Below, in pieces: positions 1-10,567 of a stretch of 64,000 bases of DNA; positions within the stretch are counted from its first letter, which is position 1, and every line of letters begins with the position of its first letter. Position numbers and translations under genes: made by a program. The notes beneath the pieces were generated by a model. That model did no database searches and had not been told where the DNA came from. It saw nothing but the letters and a program-made list of their open reading frames with translations. Source of the stretch: Thermoproteota archaeon (GTDB lineage Archaea; Korarchaeota; JAOZGF01; JAOZFZ01); the NCBI GenBank assembly GCA_027492035.1, contig JAOZFT010000007.1:39042-103041 (forward strand), read 5' to 3'.

Positions 1-1
1 C

Positions 2-595
2 GACGCAGCCCTTATAATTACACCCTACTTTTTTAAACTAAGCGACAAAGAAGTTTTGGAACATTACAGAGTTATTATAGAGAAAATTGATTTACCTATT
101 ATAATTTATAACGTGCCAAAATTTACAGGTTACAATTTAAACCCCACGATTGTAACTGAATTAGCTAAAGAGTACAGCCAAGTTGTGGGTGTAAAGGATT
201 CAAGTGGTTCAATAAATCAAATCTCTAGATTAGTGGAATCCGTCGGAAACAAAATTTCTGTGTTAGCAGGCACAGGTGAAACCTTTTTCCCAACACTTAC
301 ATTAGGGGGGCATGGTGGAGTCTTAGCCATAGCTAACGTAGCTCCTCACCTATGTACCCAAATATATAAATGTTTCAAAGCAGGAGAACTACAAAAAGCC
401 CAACATCTCAATTTTCGATTATTAAAACTGAATGAGTTTTTAGTGAAAAAACACAATCAAGTAAGTTGCATAAAAACTGCCTTAAACATGATGGTTGAAG
501 CAGGGGGATTACCTAGAAAACCTATTTTGCCTCCATCAATTGAAACAGAAAACAACATTTTCAAGCTTTTGAAGGAGACAGGTCTTGTAAAGTAA
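2..595 (+). CDS. DapA/NanA-family class I aldolase (dihydrodipicolinate synthase family), 5' end outside window
   Basis: Frame is open from base 2 (DAALIITPYFF...); contains YNVP and the Schiff-base motif GVKDSSG. Confidence 0.85.
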   Translation, partial: DAALIITPYFFKLSDKEVLEHYRVIIEKIDLPIIIYNVPKFTGYNLNPTIVTELAKEYSQVVGVKDSSGSINQISRLVESVGNKISVLAGTGETFFPTLTLGGHGGVLAIANVAPHLCTQIYKCFKAGELQKAQHLNFRLLKLNEFLVKKHNQVSCIKTALNMMVEAGGLPRKPILPPSIETENNIFKLLKETGLVK

Positions 596-824
596 AGTTC
601 TAAGCCTTTCCGTAAAAAGCTTTATTAAATTCAAGACGAGAAAGAAGTTATGCCGTTGTTTGCTTAGCACAGGTGGAAACTGTGTTGAATTTTGTTAGAA
701 AAAATAAATCTTTTTTCCTAATTATTCCTAAAATTCAGTAATTTTTCATAATTTATTTCCATGACAGTTAATTTGTCTAATATTTAAAAAAATAGGGTTT
801 AACTCTGAGAAGTGAGGTGCTGTA

Positions 825-1088
825 ATGTTTACCAGAAAACCTTTGTTACCCCCTACTGCAAAAAAGCTTAGAGAAGTTGAGATAGTTATTCTTGAAGATA
901 GATGTAAAGGATGTGGCTTTTGCATAGAGTTCTGCCCTAGGGAAGTGCTAAGTAAATCAGAAAAATTGAACTCAAGAGGTGTTCACCCTCCAAAAGTAAG
1001 TAACAAAGACTTATGCGTAGGTTGTGGTTTATGTGAAAAGATATGTCCTGACTTCGCTATTTTTCTTGAGGAGTGTGATCAAACATGA
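825..1088 (+). CDS. korD: 2x[4Fe-4S] ferredoxin, delta subunit of 2-oxoacid:ferredoxin oxidoreductase
   Basis: CKGCGFCIEFCP and CVGCGLCEKICPDFAI; ATGA overlap with the alpha subunit. Confidence 0.85.
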   Translation: MFTRKPLLPPTAKKLREVEIVILEDRCKGCGFCIEFCPREVLSKSEKLNSRGVHPPKVSNKDLCVGCGLCEKICPDFAIFLEECDQT

Positions 1089-2227
1089 GAAGAGACGTGT
1101 TGACAGGTGAGTACTTTACAGAAGGCGATATTGCTTGTGCAGAGGGGGCAATAGCTGCTGGTTGCCGTTTCTTTGCTGGGTACCCCATTACCCCCTCAAG
1201 TGAATTAGCTGAACACATGGCAGCAAGGCTTCCTGAAGTTGATGGAGTCTTTATTCAAATGGAGGATGAACTCGGATCTATGGCAGCAGTTATAGGTGCA
1301 AGCTGGGCTGGAGTGAAATCTATGACAGCGACTTCAGGTCCAGGGTTCAGTTTAATGCAGGAAAACATAGGACTTGCAATTATGACAGAAACTCCCTGCG
1401 TAATAGTTAATATTATGAGAGGGGGACCAAGCACAGGGCAACCTACAAAATCAGGTCAACAAGACGTTATGCAAGCTAAATGGGGGTCTCATGGAGATTA
1501 TGAAATAATTGCAGTTTGTCCTTCAACAGTGCAGGAAATGTTCGACTTAACTATTGAAGCATTCAATTTGTCAGAAATTTACAGGGTTCCAGTTATAGTT
1601 TTAGGTGATGAAATTCTTGGGCATTTAACAGAGAAGCTGGTTATACCGCAACCGGAAGAAATAGAAATTGTAGAAAGAAGAAAACCGCCAATTAAAGAGG
1701 GATATTCTTGGTTTAAGTTCAATCCAGCTTCTATCCCAGCAATGGCCAGTTTCGGTGAAGGATTTAAAGTTTACGCAACAGGTTTAACTCATGACGAAAC
1801 AGGGCATCCTGATATGTCTCCAGAAACTCAAACAAAGCTTGTCAAGTATTTATGTGATAAAGTGCGTAAGAATGCAGACAGAATAGTTAAGTACAAGGAA
1901 ATAATGCTTGATGATGCAGAAATAGCCATAATAACTTACGGTTCACCAGTGAGATCGGCTTTAAGTGCAGTGAAAAGAGCAAGGAAAGAAGGGATAAAGG
2001 TAGGCCTACTTAAGTTGTCAATTGTTTGGCCATTTCCAGAAAAAATTGTTAAGAAGGTTTCAGAAGAAGTGGATACGGTAGTGGTGTTGGAAATGAATTA
2101 TGGGCAAATTTTGCGAGAAGTTCAGAGAGTAGCTGGTTTAGAACGTGTAAAATTTCTCCCGAAATTCGGTGAAGATTTACATAAACCTGGTGAAGTACTG
2201 GAATTAGTTAGAAGGTGTAAAAAATGA
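1085..2227 (+). CDS. korA: 2-oxoacid:ferredoxin oxidoreductase alpha subunit (KorA type)
   Basis: FFAGYPITPSSE, QMEDE, TATSGPGFSLMQE, RGGPSTG. Confidence 0.9.
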   Translation: MRRDVLTGEYFTEGDIACAEGAIAAGCRFFAGYPITPSSELAEHMAARLPEVDGVFIQMEDELGSMAAVIGASWAGVKSMTATSGPGFSLMQENIGLAIMTETPCVIVNIMRGGPSTGQPTKSGQQDVMQAKWGSHGDYEIIAVCPSTVQEMFDLTIEAFNLSEIYRVPVIVLGDEILGHLTEKLVIPQPEEIEIVERRKPPIKEGYSWFKFNPASIPAMASFGEGFKVYATGLTHDETGHPDMSPETQTKLVKYLCDKVRKNADRIVKYKEIMLDDAEIAIITYGSPVRSALSAVKRARKEGIKVGLLKLSIVWPFPEKIVKKVSEEVDTVVVLEMNYGQILREVQRVAGLERVKFLPKFGEDLHKPGEVLELVRRCKK

Positions 2228-3102
2228 AAAGTACAATAAAATATGCAGCTGCACATCCATTAGACCCTTACCTCAGGAAGGGAATGATTCCTCACATTTG
2301 GTGCACAGGCTGTGGAAACGGGGTAATTCTTAACTGTTTCATTCGGGCAGTAAGAGACTTAAATATAGACGTAAATAAAACGGTAGTGGTTTCAGGGATA
2401 GGGTGCATAGGAAGAATAACAGGGTACATAAACATGGATTCCTTCCACACCACACATGGCAGACCTATTGCTTTTGCGACAGGGGTGAAACTGGCAAAAC
2501 CAGAACTTAATGTAGTAGTAATCAGTGGCGACGGTGACCTTTTTGCAATAGGTGGAAACCATTTCATTCATGCTGCAAGAAGGAACATGGACCTTTTAGT
2601 TATTTGCGCCAATAACTTCAATTATGGTATGACAGGGGGCCAATATGCCCCCACAACTCCTTTAAACGCTAAAACAATGACCTCTCCTTACGGCAACATT
2701 GAACACCCTTTCAACCTGGTTCACTTGGCTTGGGCTTCTGGTGCAGTTTACGTTGCCAGATGGACTACTGTGCATGTGACAAGGCTTCTCAAATCAATTA
2801 AGAAAGCATTGACAAAGAAGGGGTTTAGGTTTATAGAGGTAATAAGTCCATGTCCTGAAGTTTATGGTAGATACAACAAAATGGGAGACGCCTTGGAAAT
2901 AATCAAATGGTTAAAGGAAAACTCAGTAATTCAACATTTCACAGACCCAAGTAAGGCAGAGATAGAATTGGGGGGAAAAATCACTGTCGGAGAATTCGTT
3001 GAGAAAGAGAAACCAGTATATAATGACTTAATTCTACATTTGAAAAGGAGAATAAAAGAGAAACTGGAGAAGGAGGGAAAGAGGACATTAGTTAAAATTT
3101 AA
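2224..3102 (+). CDS. korB: 2-oxoacid:ferredoxin oxidoreductase beta (TPP-binding) subunit
   Basis: WCTGCG, SGIGC, HGR, GDGD...NNFNYGMTGGQ, SPCP. Confidence 0.9.
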   Translation: MKSTIKYAAAHPLDPYLRKGMIPHIWCTGCGNGVILNCFIRAVRDLNIDVNKTVVVSGIGCIGRITGYINMDSFHTTHGRPIAFATGVKLAKPELNVVVISGDGDLFAIGGNHFIHAARRNMDLLVICANNFNYGMTGGQYAPTTPLNAKTMTSPYGNIEHPFNLVHLAWASGAVYVARWTTVHVTRLLKSIKKALTKKGFRFIEVISPCPEVYGRYNKMGDALEIIKWLKENSVIQHFTDPSKAEIELGGKITVGEFVEKEKPVYNDLILHLKRRIKEKLEKEGKRTLVKI

Positions 3103-3125
3103 GCGTTTTGGAAAGGTGTTGAAAA

Positions 3126-3689
3126 ATGAAACTTGAAATTGTTATAGCAGGGTTCGGAGGCCAAGGCATCATTAAAGCTGGCTTAATAGTGGGTTCTGCA
3201 GCTTCGCTTTTCACAGGCTTAAATGCATGCTTTGTCAGATCCTATGGACCTGAAGCAAGGGGAGGAGCTTGTAAAGCTGAAGTTATAATTTCAGATGAGG
3301 AAATTGATTACCCGAAAATCGAGAAGCCAGATGTTTTAGTTGCAATGTCTCAAGAGGGTTACGAAAAATATGTTGAGAAAGTTAAAGAGAAGGGACTTAT
3401 TATATTAGATCCTGACTTAGTTGAGCCATTCAAACCTGGAAGAATCTATAAAGTACCAGCTACAAGAATAGCTGAAAAACTAGGTAAAAAGATAGTTGCT
3501 AACGTTGTAATGATAGGGGCTTTAACACCATTAATCAAGGTTTTGAAACCGGAAGATGTGGAAAACTCACTTGTTAGAAATGTTCCTCCAGGCACCGAGA
3601 AACTAAACTTGAAAGCGTTCCGGGAAGGCTATGAATACGGAAAAATTTCATTAAAGCAGAAAGAACCGGTAAGAAGAATTAATTGTTAA
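3126..3689 (+). CDS. korC: 2-oxoacid:ferredoxin oxidoreductase gamma subunit
   Basis: AGFGGQG, SYGPEARGG, NVVMIGA. Confidence 0.88.
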   Translation: MKLEIVIAGFGGQGIIKAGLIVGSAASLFTGLNACFVRSYGPEARGGACKAEVIISDEEIDYPKIEKPDVLVAMSQEGYEKYVEKVKEKGLIILDPDLVEPFKPGRIYKVPATRIAEKLGKKIVANVVMIGALTPLIKVLKPEDVENSLVRNVPPGTEKLNLKAFREGYEYGKISLKQKEPVRRINC

Positions 3690-3719
3690 GGGTGAGGAAG
3701 AAGAGGAAAAGGGGGTTAT

Positions 3720-6164
3720 ATGGAGACAAGAATAGGGGTGTATATCTGTCATTGCGGCACAAACATAGGAGGAGTTTTGGATTGTGAAGCATTGGCAAAA
3801 TTTGCTTCTAAACTTCCAAATGTAGTTGTGGCAAAAGATTATAAATACATGTGCGCTGATCCAGGTCAAGAAATGATTAAAAAAGATATTAAAGAATTTA
3901 AATTGAACAGAGTGGTTGTGGCTTCTTGTTCCCCTCGAATGCATGAACCCACTTTTAGAAAATGTGTAGAGGAGGCAGGTTTAAACTCCTTCTTTTTTGA
4001 AATGGCTAACATTAGGGAACAAGTTAGTTGGTGCCATTACGATTCACCAAAACAGGCTTTTGATAAAGCTAAGGACTTAATAAAGGCAGCTGTAGCTAAG
4101 GCTAGGTTGCTTACACCCTTAACACCTCTTAAAGTTCCAGTTGAAAAGAGAGTTTTAGTGATAGGTGGAGGAGTAGCTGGCATACATGCTGCTCTTGACT
4201 TGGCAGATATGGGGTTTAAGGTTTACCTTGTAGAAAAAGAACCAACTATAGGGGGTTGGATGGCTTTACTAGACAAAACATTCCCCACTCTTGATTGTTC
4301 AATCTGCATCCTTGGACCTAAAATGGTTGATGTAGCTAAACATTCTAACATTGAACTTTTCACCTACTCTGAAGTGTTAGATATAGAAGGGTTTGTTGGG
4401 AATTTCAAGGTTAGAATTCTTAAAAAACCAAGGTATGTGGAAGTTGATAAATGTAACGCATGCAGTGAATGCGTGAACGTTTGCCCTGTAGAGGTTCCTA
4501 ACAAGTTTGACGGTAACTTAGGTTGGAGAAAAGCAATATACATTCCCTTCCCTCAAGCTGTTCCACCAGCTTACTTGATCGATGAAGATGCCTGTTTAGG
4601 AATAACCCCTTTAGCTTGTGGCAAGTGCCAAGAAGTTTGCAGAGAAAAGGGAGGTGACGCAATCAATTTTGACATGCACCCTGAAGTGTTAGAAGTTAGT
4701 GTAGGCGCAATAATTGTTGCTACCGGCTATGAACTTTATGACCCCTCAAAAATTAAAGAATACGGTTACGGTGTTTACCAAAACGTAATTACCTGTTTTG
4801 AACTTGAAAGGTTAATAAATTCATCAGGACCCACTTACGGAAAGGTTATAAGGCCTTCGGATGGAAAGGAACCGAAAAAAGTTGCTTTTATTCAATGCGT
4901 AGGTTCAAGGGATGAAAAAGCAAATGTTTACTGCTCAGGTTTCTGTTGCATGTACACAATCAAAAACGCTATCCTTTTGAAGGAGAAACATCCTGAAACT
5001 GAAATATATATTTTTTATATAGACATAAGAGCCAATTTTAAGGGATATGAAGAATTTTATAGAAGAGCCAGGGAGGAAGGAATAATTTTCATTAGAGGAA
5101 AACCTGCAGAAATTTCCGAGAATCCTTTAACCAAAAATTTAACAATTTATTGTGAAGATTTAGGTTTAGGAAAAGTTATTTCACTTGAAGTTGATTTAGT
5201 TATTCTTTCAACAGCTGCGATACCAAGACATGGAAAAGACGAATTAGCTAGGAAGCTGAACATTGTCACAGGATCTGACGGTTTTTACCTTGAGGCCCAC
5301 CCTAAACTGAAACCTATTGATGCAGCTACTGACGGTGTTTTTCTTTGCGGGTCAGCTCAAGGACCAAAAGACATACCTTACAGTGTGTCACAAGCCAGTG
5401 CTGCAGCTGCAAGAGCTGCAAGGATTCTTTCAAAGGATTACTGGGAAATTGAACCAATAGTAGCGTACATAGATGAATCTAAATGTAGAAACCCAAAAAC
5501 AAAGTGTGGAATATGTGCAACAAAATGTCCCTATGGAGCAATAACTGTAGAGCCAAACAAACCTGCCAGAGTTGAACCTGCAAAGTGTCATGGATGTGGC
5601 ACCTGCGCAGCAGACTGCCCCGGTGACGCAATCACCCAGATGCATTTCACAGATGCCCAAATACTTTCTCAAATACACGCTATTTTGGAAGAGAACCCTG
5701 AAGAAAAAATACTTTGCTTCCTTTGCAATTGGTGCAGCTACGCCGGAGCAGATTTAGCAGGCACTTCAAGACTAACTTATCCACCCAACGCAAGGGCTGT
5801 AAGGGTGATGTGTTCAGGTAGAGTTGACAAAGATTTTGTGTTAGAAGCTTTCCGTTTAGGGGCTGGGATGGTTCTTGTCTCAGGCTGCAGGTTAACAGAG
5901 TTCGGAAGCGATTGCCACTACATTACAGGTAACGTAAACGCCAAGAAGAGAATGAAGATAGTGGAGAAAATACTTGAAAAAGCAGGAATATCAAAGGAAA
6001 GATTCAGACTTGAATGGATATCTGCATCTGAAGGAGATAAATACGCTAAAATAATTAAAGAAATGGCTGAAAAGATGAAAAAACTTGGAAAAGAGAAAAT
6101 AATTGAGGAAAATAGGAAAGCAGAGCCTTTCCTTGAAAAAATACTGAAGAAAAAAATTACGTGA
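3720..6164 (+). CDS. hdrA: Heterodisulfide reductase subunit A with C-terminal MvhD fusion
   Basis: CHCGTNI, SCSPRMHEPTF, GGGVAG (FAD), KTFPTLDCSICIL, ferredoxin motifs; C-terminal CNWCSYAGADLAG...VMCSGRV...GC...CHY is the MvhD [2Fe-2S] module. Confidence 0.93.
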   Translation: METRIGVYICHCGTNIGGVLDCEALAKFASKLPNVVVAKDYKYMCADPGQEMIKKDIKEFKLNRVVVASCSPRMHEPTFRKCVEEAGLNSFFFEMANIREQVSWCHYDSPKQAFDKAKDLIKAAVAKARLLTPLTPLKVPVEKRVLVIGGGVAGIHAALDLADMGFKVYLVEKEPTIGGWMALLDKTFPTLDCSICILGPKMVDVAKHSNIELFTYSEVLDIEGFVGNFKVRILKKPRYVEVDKCNACSECVNVCPVEVPNKFDGNLGWRKAIYIPFPQAVPPAYLIDEDACLGITPLACGKCQEVCREKGGDAINFDMHPEVLEVSVGAIIVATGYELYDPSKIKEYGYGVYQNVITCFELERLINSSGPTYGKVIRPSDGKEPKKVAFIQCVGSRDEKANVYCSGFCCMYTIKNAILLKEKHPETEIYIFYIDIRANFKGYEEFYRRAREEGIIFIRGKPAEISENPLTKNLTIYCEDLGLGKVISLEVDLVILSTAAIPRHGKDELARKLNIVTGSDGFYLEAHPKLKPIDAATDGVFLCGSAQGPKDIPYSVSQASAAAARAARILSKDYWEIEPIVAYIDESKCRNPKTKCGICATKCPYGAITVEPNKPARVEPAKCHGCGTCAADCPGDAITQMHFTDAQILSQIHAILEENPEEKILCFLCNWCSYAGADLAGTSRLTYPPNARAVRVMCSGRVDKDFVLEAFRLGAGMVLVSGCRLTEFGSDCHYITGNVNAKKRMKIVEKILEKAGISKERFRLEWISASEGDKYAKIIKEMAEKMKKLGKEKIIEENRKAEPFLEKILKKKIT

Positions 6165-6691
6165 AAGAGGAAGGGTGGAGAAAGGAATTGGAACAGGGGG
6201 AGAAATTAAGAAAATTAAAGGAAATAAAAAGAAAAGCCTTGATTTGTTTCCAATGTGGAGTATGTGTTGGAAGCTGTCCAGTCGCTTTCGTAAATGAAAA
6301 ATATAATCCAAGAAGAATCTTAAGAAACTTCCTTTTCAACCAATCCCCGCCACAGCTAAATCTAAGCAATTTACCTTGGCTATGCCTCCATTGTTATGCA
6401 TGTCTCGAAAGATGCCCCCAAAATATAGGCCTATCAGAAGTTATGTTTAAGATTCAACACCTTCAGTTTTTAAATGGAGAAATACCTTCCAGTTTCTTAA
6501 ATGCAGTTAAACAAATAATTAAAACAGGCAGGGTTTCACCTGTGACGCCAATAACGGAAAGAAGAAGGGAGCAGCTTAATCTTCCAAAAATTGAAACCGA
6601 AACAGGAGTTGAGGAACTTAAGAAAATAATTAAAGAAACAGGTTTAAAAAAACTCCTGTTCAGTCAAGAAGAGGAGAAAAGAAGTGGCTGA
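6161..6691 (+). CDS. hdrC: Heterodisulfide reductase subunit C
   Basis: CFQCGVCVGSCP and CLHCYACLERCP; lies between hdrA and hdrB. Confidence 0.88.
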   Translation: MKEEGWRKELEQGEKLRKLKEIKRKALICFQCGVCVGSCPVAFVNEKYNPRRILRNFLFNQSPPQLNLSNLPWLCLHCYACLERCPQNIGLSEVMFKIQHLQFLNGEIPSSFLNAVKQIIKTGRVSPVTPITERRREQLNLPKIETETGVEELKKIIKETGLKKLLFSQEEEKRSG

Positions 6692-7586
6692 AAGAGAAAC
6701 CGGGCACAAGTATGCTTTCTTTCCAGGATGCTTAGTAACTACAAGGCTTCCTTACATAGAAGCTGCTGTAAGGAAGTCAATGAGGAGACTTGGTGCAGAA
6801 CTGGTGGACATGCCTGAAACAACATGCTGCCCTGAACCAACCCTTACAAAAGCTTTAAATCAAAAGACATGGTTAGCAATTGCAGCAAGAAATTTATCCA
6901 TAGCTGAAGAAATAGGACTAGACATATTGACTCCATGTAACGGATGCTATGGAACATTTAAGACTGTAAATTATATCATTAAAACCAATGAAAAGGAAAG
7001 GGTTAAGATAAATGACACACTTAAAAAAGTGAATAGGGAATACAAAGGGAAAATACAAGTGAAACATGTGGTTGAAGCCCTTTACAAAGACATAGGTAAA
7101 GAAAGAATAAAGAAAGAAATCCAGAAACCCTTAAAAAACATTAAAATAGCAGTTCATTACGGTTGTCACCTTTTAAGGCCAAGTGAAATAATTCAACTTG
7201 ACGACCCTGAACAACCAACTTTCTTAGATGAATTAGTGGAAGTGTTAGGGGCTAAAAGTGTGGATTATGAAAGAAAAATGATGTGCTGTGGGGGAGAAGA
7301 TTTAAAAATCCACCCCCAAACAGCCTACTCCATTTTAAAAGAAAAATTATCAAGTATAAAAGAAGCAGATCCAGATTGTATAGTGGTTACATGTCCCCTC
7401 TGCATGATTCAATTGGATGAAAACCAAGCTTTACTTCAAAGAAGGCACCGTCAAAACTTCAACATACCTGTGTTTTATTATTCTGAACTCTTATGTTTAG
7501 CCTTAAATATTAATTTAGGAGACCAACACTTTAAACTCCACCGAATAAAAGCAGATGAAGTAGTTAAGAAAATAGTTAAAAGTTGA
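6684..7586 (+). CDS. hdrB: Heterodisulfide reductase subunit B (CCG domains)
   Basis: FFPGC, TCCP, CNGC, HYGCH, CCG, CPLC. Confidence 0.9.
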   Translation: MAERETGHKYAFFPGCLVTTRLPYIEAAVRKSMRRLGAELVDMPETTCCPEPTLTKALNQKTWLAIAARNLSIAEEIGLDILTPCNGCYGTFKTVNYIIKTNEKERVKINDTLKKVNREYKGKIQVKHVVEALYKDIGKERIKKEIQKPLKNIKIAVHYGCHLLRPSEIIQLDDPEQPTFLDELVEVLGAKSVDYERKMMCCGGEDLKIHPQTAYSILKEKLSSIKEADPDCIVVTCPLCMIQLDENQALLQRRHRQNFNIPVFYYSELLCLALNINLGDQHFKLHRIKADEVVKKIVKS

Positions 7587-7744
7587 AATTCTGCAACCGA
7601 AGAAACAGTGACACAAAACATTTTAAAGGTTTCTTCCACTCTTCTTAAAGGGAAGAAGTGAAGGGAACTCAGACCTTTCTTTCAAAAGTTTTTAAAAAGG
7701 ACACGGAAAAAGGTTCTTGAAGAAAATACGAGGAAGAAAATAAA

Positions 7745-8881
7745 GTGGAAAGCGGAAAAATAACTTTGCTTCTTGTTTCACTGTTTCACCTGCTGAATGA
7801 CGCAAACGTTTTTCTTCTACCCGCTGTTTTTCCTTTAGTTATTCAAGAATTCAGTTTATCCTTTTTCCAAACAAGTTTACTTGTCGGATGTTTAACATTT
7901 ACTGTAACTTTTTTACAGATTATGATAGGTTACTTGTCGGATTTTTTAAGCCGAAAAATACTTTTAGGCTTAGGCCTCCTTATTGTTTCTTCAGCTTCCT
8001 TCTTAGCTGCCTACTCAACCAATTTTACAATTCTTCTTTTAAGTCAAGTTTTGTTAGGAATAGGAGGAAGCTTTTATCACCCAATAGGGTACTCCTTAAC
8101 AGTTAAAAAATTCCTTAAAAGCAGTAAAGGGAAAGCTTTAGGGGTACAGAGTAGTTTCGGAGATTTAGGAATACTTCTAATGCTTACTTCCACAGGAAGC
8201 TTGGTTCATTTCTTTAACTGGAGAACTCCTTTCATTCTTTGGGGTACCTTATCCCTGATTTCTTCACCCTTATCCCTTTTTATGGAAGAAGAGAAAAACC
8301 TCAAAATAGAAAATCAGAAATTATTTTCTGAAAAAGTTTTTTTCTCCTCATTCCTGATCCTTTTCTTTATACTAGGTGGAATCTACCGGGTAATTTACAC
8401 TTATATTCCCACTTATTTAACCTTTAGAGGATTAAATATTTCACTTTCAGATTTGCTTGCTTCCTTAATGACAGTGATTGGTCTGATAGGAAGCTTGGTT
8501 TCTGGTTATTTTTCAGACAAGTTCGGGTGCTTAAAAATTTTAATTCTGAACTTTGTATTCACCGGTTTCTTTTCCCTCTTCTTAACTTGGCTGTCAAATA
8601 TCCCTTTATTAATAATTCTTGTTTTAGTTATAGGGTGGGGCGTTTATGGTGCATACCCTGCTGCCTACTCTTTATTTGCTGAGTTTTCAAATGTGGAAAT
8701 AGCAGGTTTCCTCTACGGGATCATCTTATCAATGGGTATGCTTGGAGGTACAGTAAACATTTTGATTGCTGGTTTAATAGCTGATAATTTTGGTTTGAAC
8801 CAAATATTCATTTACACAGGACTAACTACTTTATTGACATTACCCCTTTTTAAGCTACTCAAAAAACCTGTTCGGTTATAA
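7745..8881 (+). CDS. MFS transporter
   Basis: About 12 hydrophobic segments; motif A-like GYLSDFLSRK and GYFSDKFG; FYHP. Confidence 0.85.
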   Translation: MESGKITLLLVSLFHLLNDANVFLLPAVFPLVIQEFSLSFFQTSLLVGCLTFTVTFLQIMIGYLSDFLSRKILLGLGLLIVSSASFLAAYSTNFTILLLSQVLLGIGGSFYHPIGYSLTVKKFLKSSKGKALGVQSSFGDLGILLMLTSTGSLVHFFNWRTPFILWGTLSLISSPLSLFMEEEKNLKIENQKLFSEKVFFSSFLILFFILGGIYRVIYTYIPTYLTFRGLNISLSDLLASLMTVIGLIGSLVSGYFSDKFGCLKILILNFVFTGFFSLFLTWLSNIPLLIILVLVIGWGVYGAYPAAYSLFAEFSNVEIAGFLYGIILSMGMLGGTVNILIAGLIADNFGLNQIFIYTGLTTLLTLPLFKLLKKPVRL

Positions 8882-9072
8882 ATTTTCTTCTCAACGACAA
8901 CATTACAGGAAGCCATTAGTTCGAAAAAAGTAGTGAAAAAGTGTAAGGGACTGGAAAGGAATAAACTCCGAGTCTAAAAGGAAATACGCAAGTGCTTGAA
9001 GGATTAAAGGGAATTTAAGAACCCTTTAGGAATTTAAAAAAATACTTAGAAAAGTTGGATATATAGGTATGA

Positions 9073-9092
9073 ACTTATTTATATAAATAAGT
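9073..9092. promoter_or_regulatory. Perfect 20-bp palindrome ACTTATTTATATAAATAAGT with a TATA-like core
   Basis: Self-complementary over 20 nt in an ORF-free region; function inferred only. Confidence 0.35.
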
Positions 9093-10066
9093 ATGAATAA
9101 TTCTTACCATAAAATCTAACATTTTTACGGATGCCTCCTCCTCAAAATTTCACCAGGGACTAATCCCTTTAATAGGCAGCACCGACAAAGAGAAATACCT
9201 ATCGCAAGTGAAGGATTTGATAGGTAATTCTTAGTTTTAGAAAGTATCCAGGTAAATGCACTGTTTTTTACTATGAACAATTTAATTCACCTCAGAAGGG
9301 GAGAACACAAAAACATTTAGTTCTGGAAAGGAACCTACTAACTTGCTAAGCAGACGTCAGCCTCTGAGGGCAGGTGTAGATACTTTATTTTTTAGCTCGC
9401 CACAAGATTTGTAACCTAGAGTTGAATTTAAGCAAGATCTTCCGATAAAAGGGTCTATTCTTGGATAGTACAGAATTTGTTGCAGTTCCTAAAATTAAAA
9501 AACTCACTAAAACGCACTTTCACACTTTACGAATTAGTACTCTTCCATTCTCTCACGTCAAAGTTTTTCAATTCTATAATTCTATTGATACACCTAGAAA
9601 GGAAAAATTGGAAGTAGTATCAAAGAAAACTTGAGTTGCTTCTTTTTTCTCCCCACAATTTTTCGAAACAGTTTCCCTAAAATTCCAAAATCTCTTGGTT
9701 TTTATTAATGAAATGTTTAAGGTTCTTCGAGCAGCCTAGCTTTTTTTCTTAATAAAAATAGCTTCTCCAAATTTAAGTAAAAATTTTATCAAATACTTAA
9801 ATTCCTAAAGTCCTTAAAGTTTTCCTAATTGTTTTTTATAATATAAACTTTATATTCCTTATTTACTTTAAGTTCAATATGTGCAATAAGAATACCTTAT
9901 TTCTGGAATAACGGAAAATAGTCCATGAAAAAGGAGGGGGTTCGAAGGTTACAGTAGTATGAAATTAAGATTTTACTTTTTCGTATTTATTAATCTGATT
10001 TTTCACTAAAAACTAGGAAAAATTTTTAACTAACTAATCTCTCTTTTTATTAAGTTTTTTGGAGAG

Positions 10067-10567
10067 GTGAAGGTACAGTTGTTGTTAGTTGGTGAAGCGT
10101 TAGTTGGTGAAGGGAATGAAGTGGCTCACATAGATTTATTGATAGGTGACAAGGATGGCCCGGTTGGCTATGCCTTCAGCAATTCATTAGCTTCACCTAG
10201 AGAAGGGCACACTCCTTTGTTAGCTGTCTTGGAACCTAATCTTCAACCTAAACCTTCCACTTTAATTATAAATAAAGTTACAATAAAAAATTCGGCTCAA
10301 GCTGTGTTGATGTTTGGTCCTGCTCAAGCAGCAGTAGCTAAAGCTGTAGCTGACAGCGTAGAGGAAGGAGTTATTCCGAGAGACATGGCTGAAGATCTTG
10401 TTGTAATAGTTTCAGTTTTTATTCACTGGAAAGCCAGAGATAAAAAGAAAATTTACGACTACAATTACGAAGCCACAAAACTTGCAATTAAAAGAGCATT
10501 TAAGGAAGAGCCTTCAGTGGAAGAGGTTTTGTCCAAGAAAGATAAGGCCAAGCATCCATTTGCATAA
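10067..10567 (+). CDS. fae: Formaldehyde-activating enzyme (H4MPT hydro-lyase), stand-alone
   Basis: [57 protein letters not shown]. Confidence 0.93.
   Translation: MKVQLLLVGEALVGEGNEVAHIDLLIGDKDGPVGYAFSNSLASPREGHTPLLAVLEPNLQPKPSTLIINKVTIKNSAQAVLMFGPAQAAVAKAVADSVEEGVIPRDMAEDLVVIVSVFIHWKARDKKKIYDYNYEATKLAIKRAFKEEPSVEEVLSKKDKAKHPFA

Noticed and set aside
666-686. Hairpin upstream of the kor-hdr operon as a SECIS element
   Set aside because: HdrA and MvhD have ordinary Cys codons and no in-frame TGA; the stem is short
9900-9945. TCCATGAAAAAGGAGGGGGT as an ORB element / replication origin
   Set aside because: Spacing does not fit TCCAnnnGAAA, there is only one copy, and no cdc6/orc1 gene is in the window
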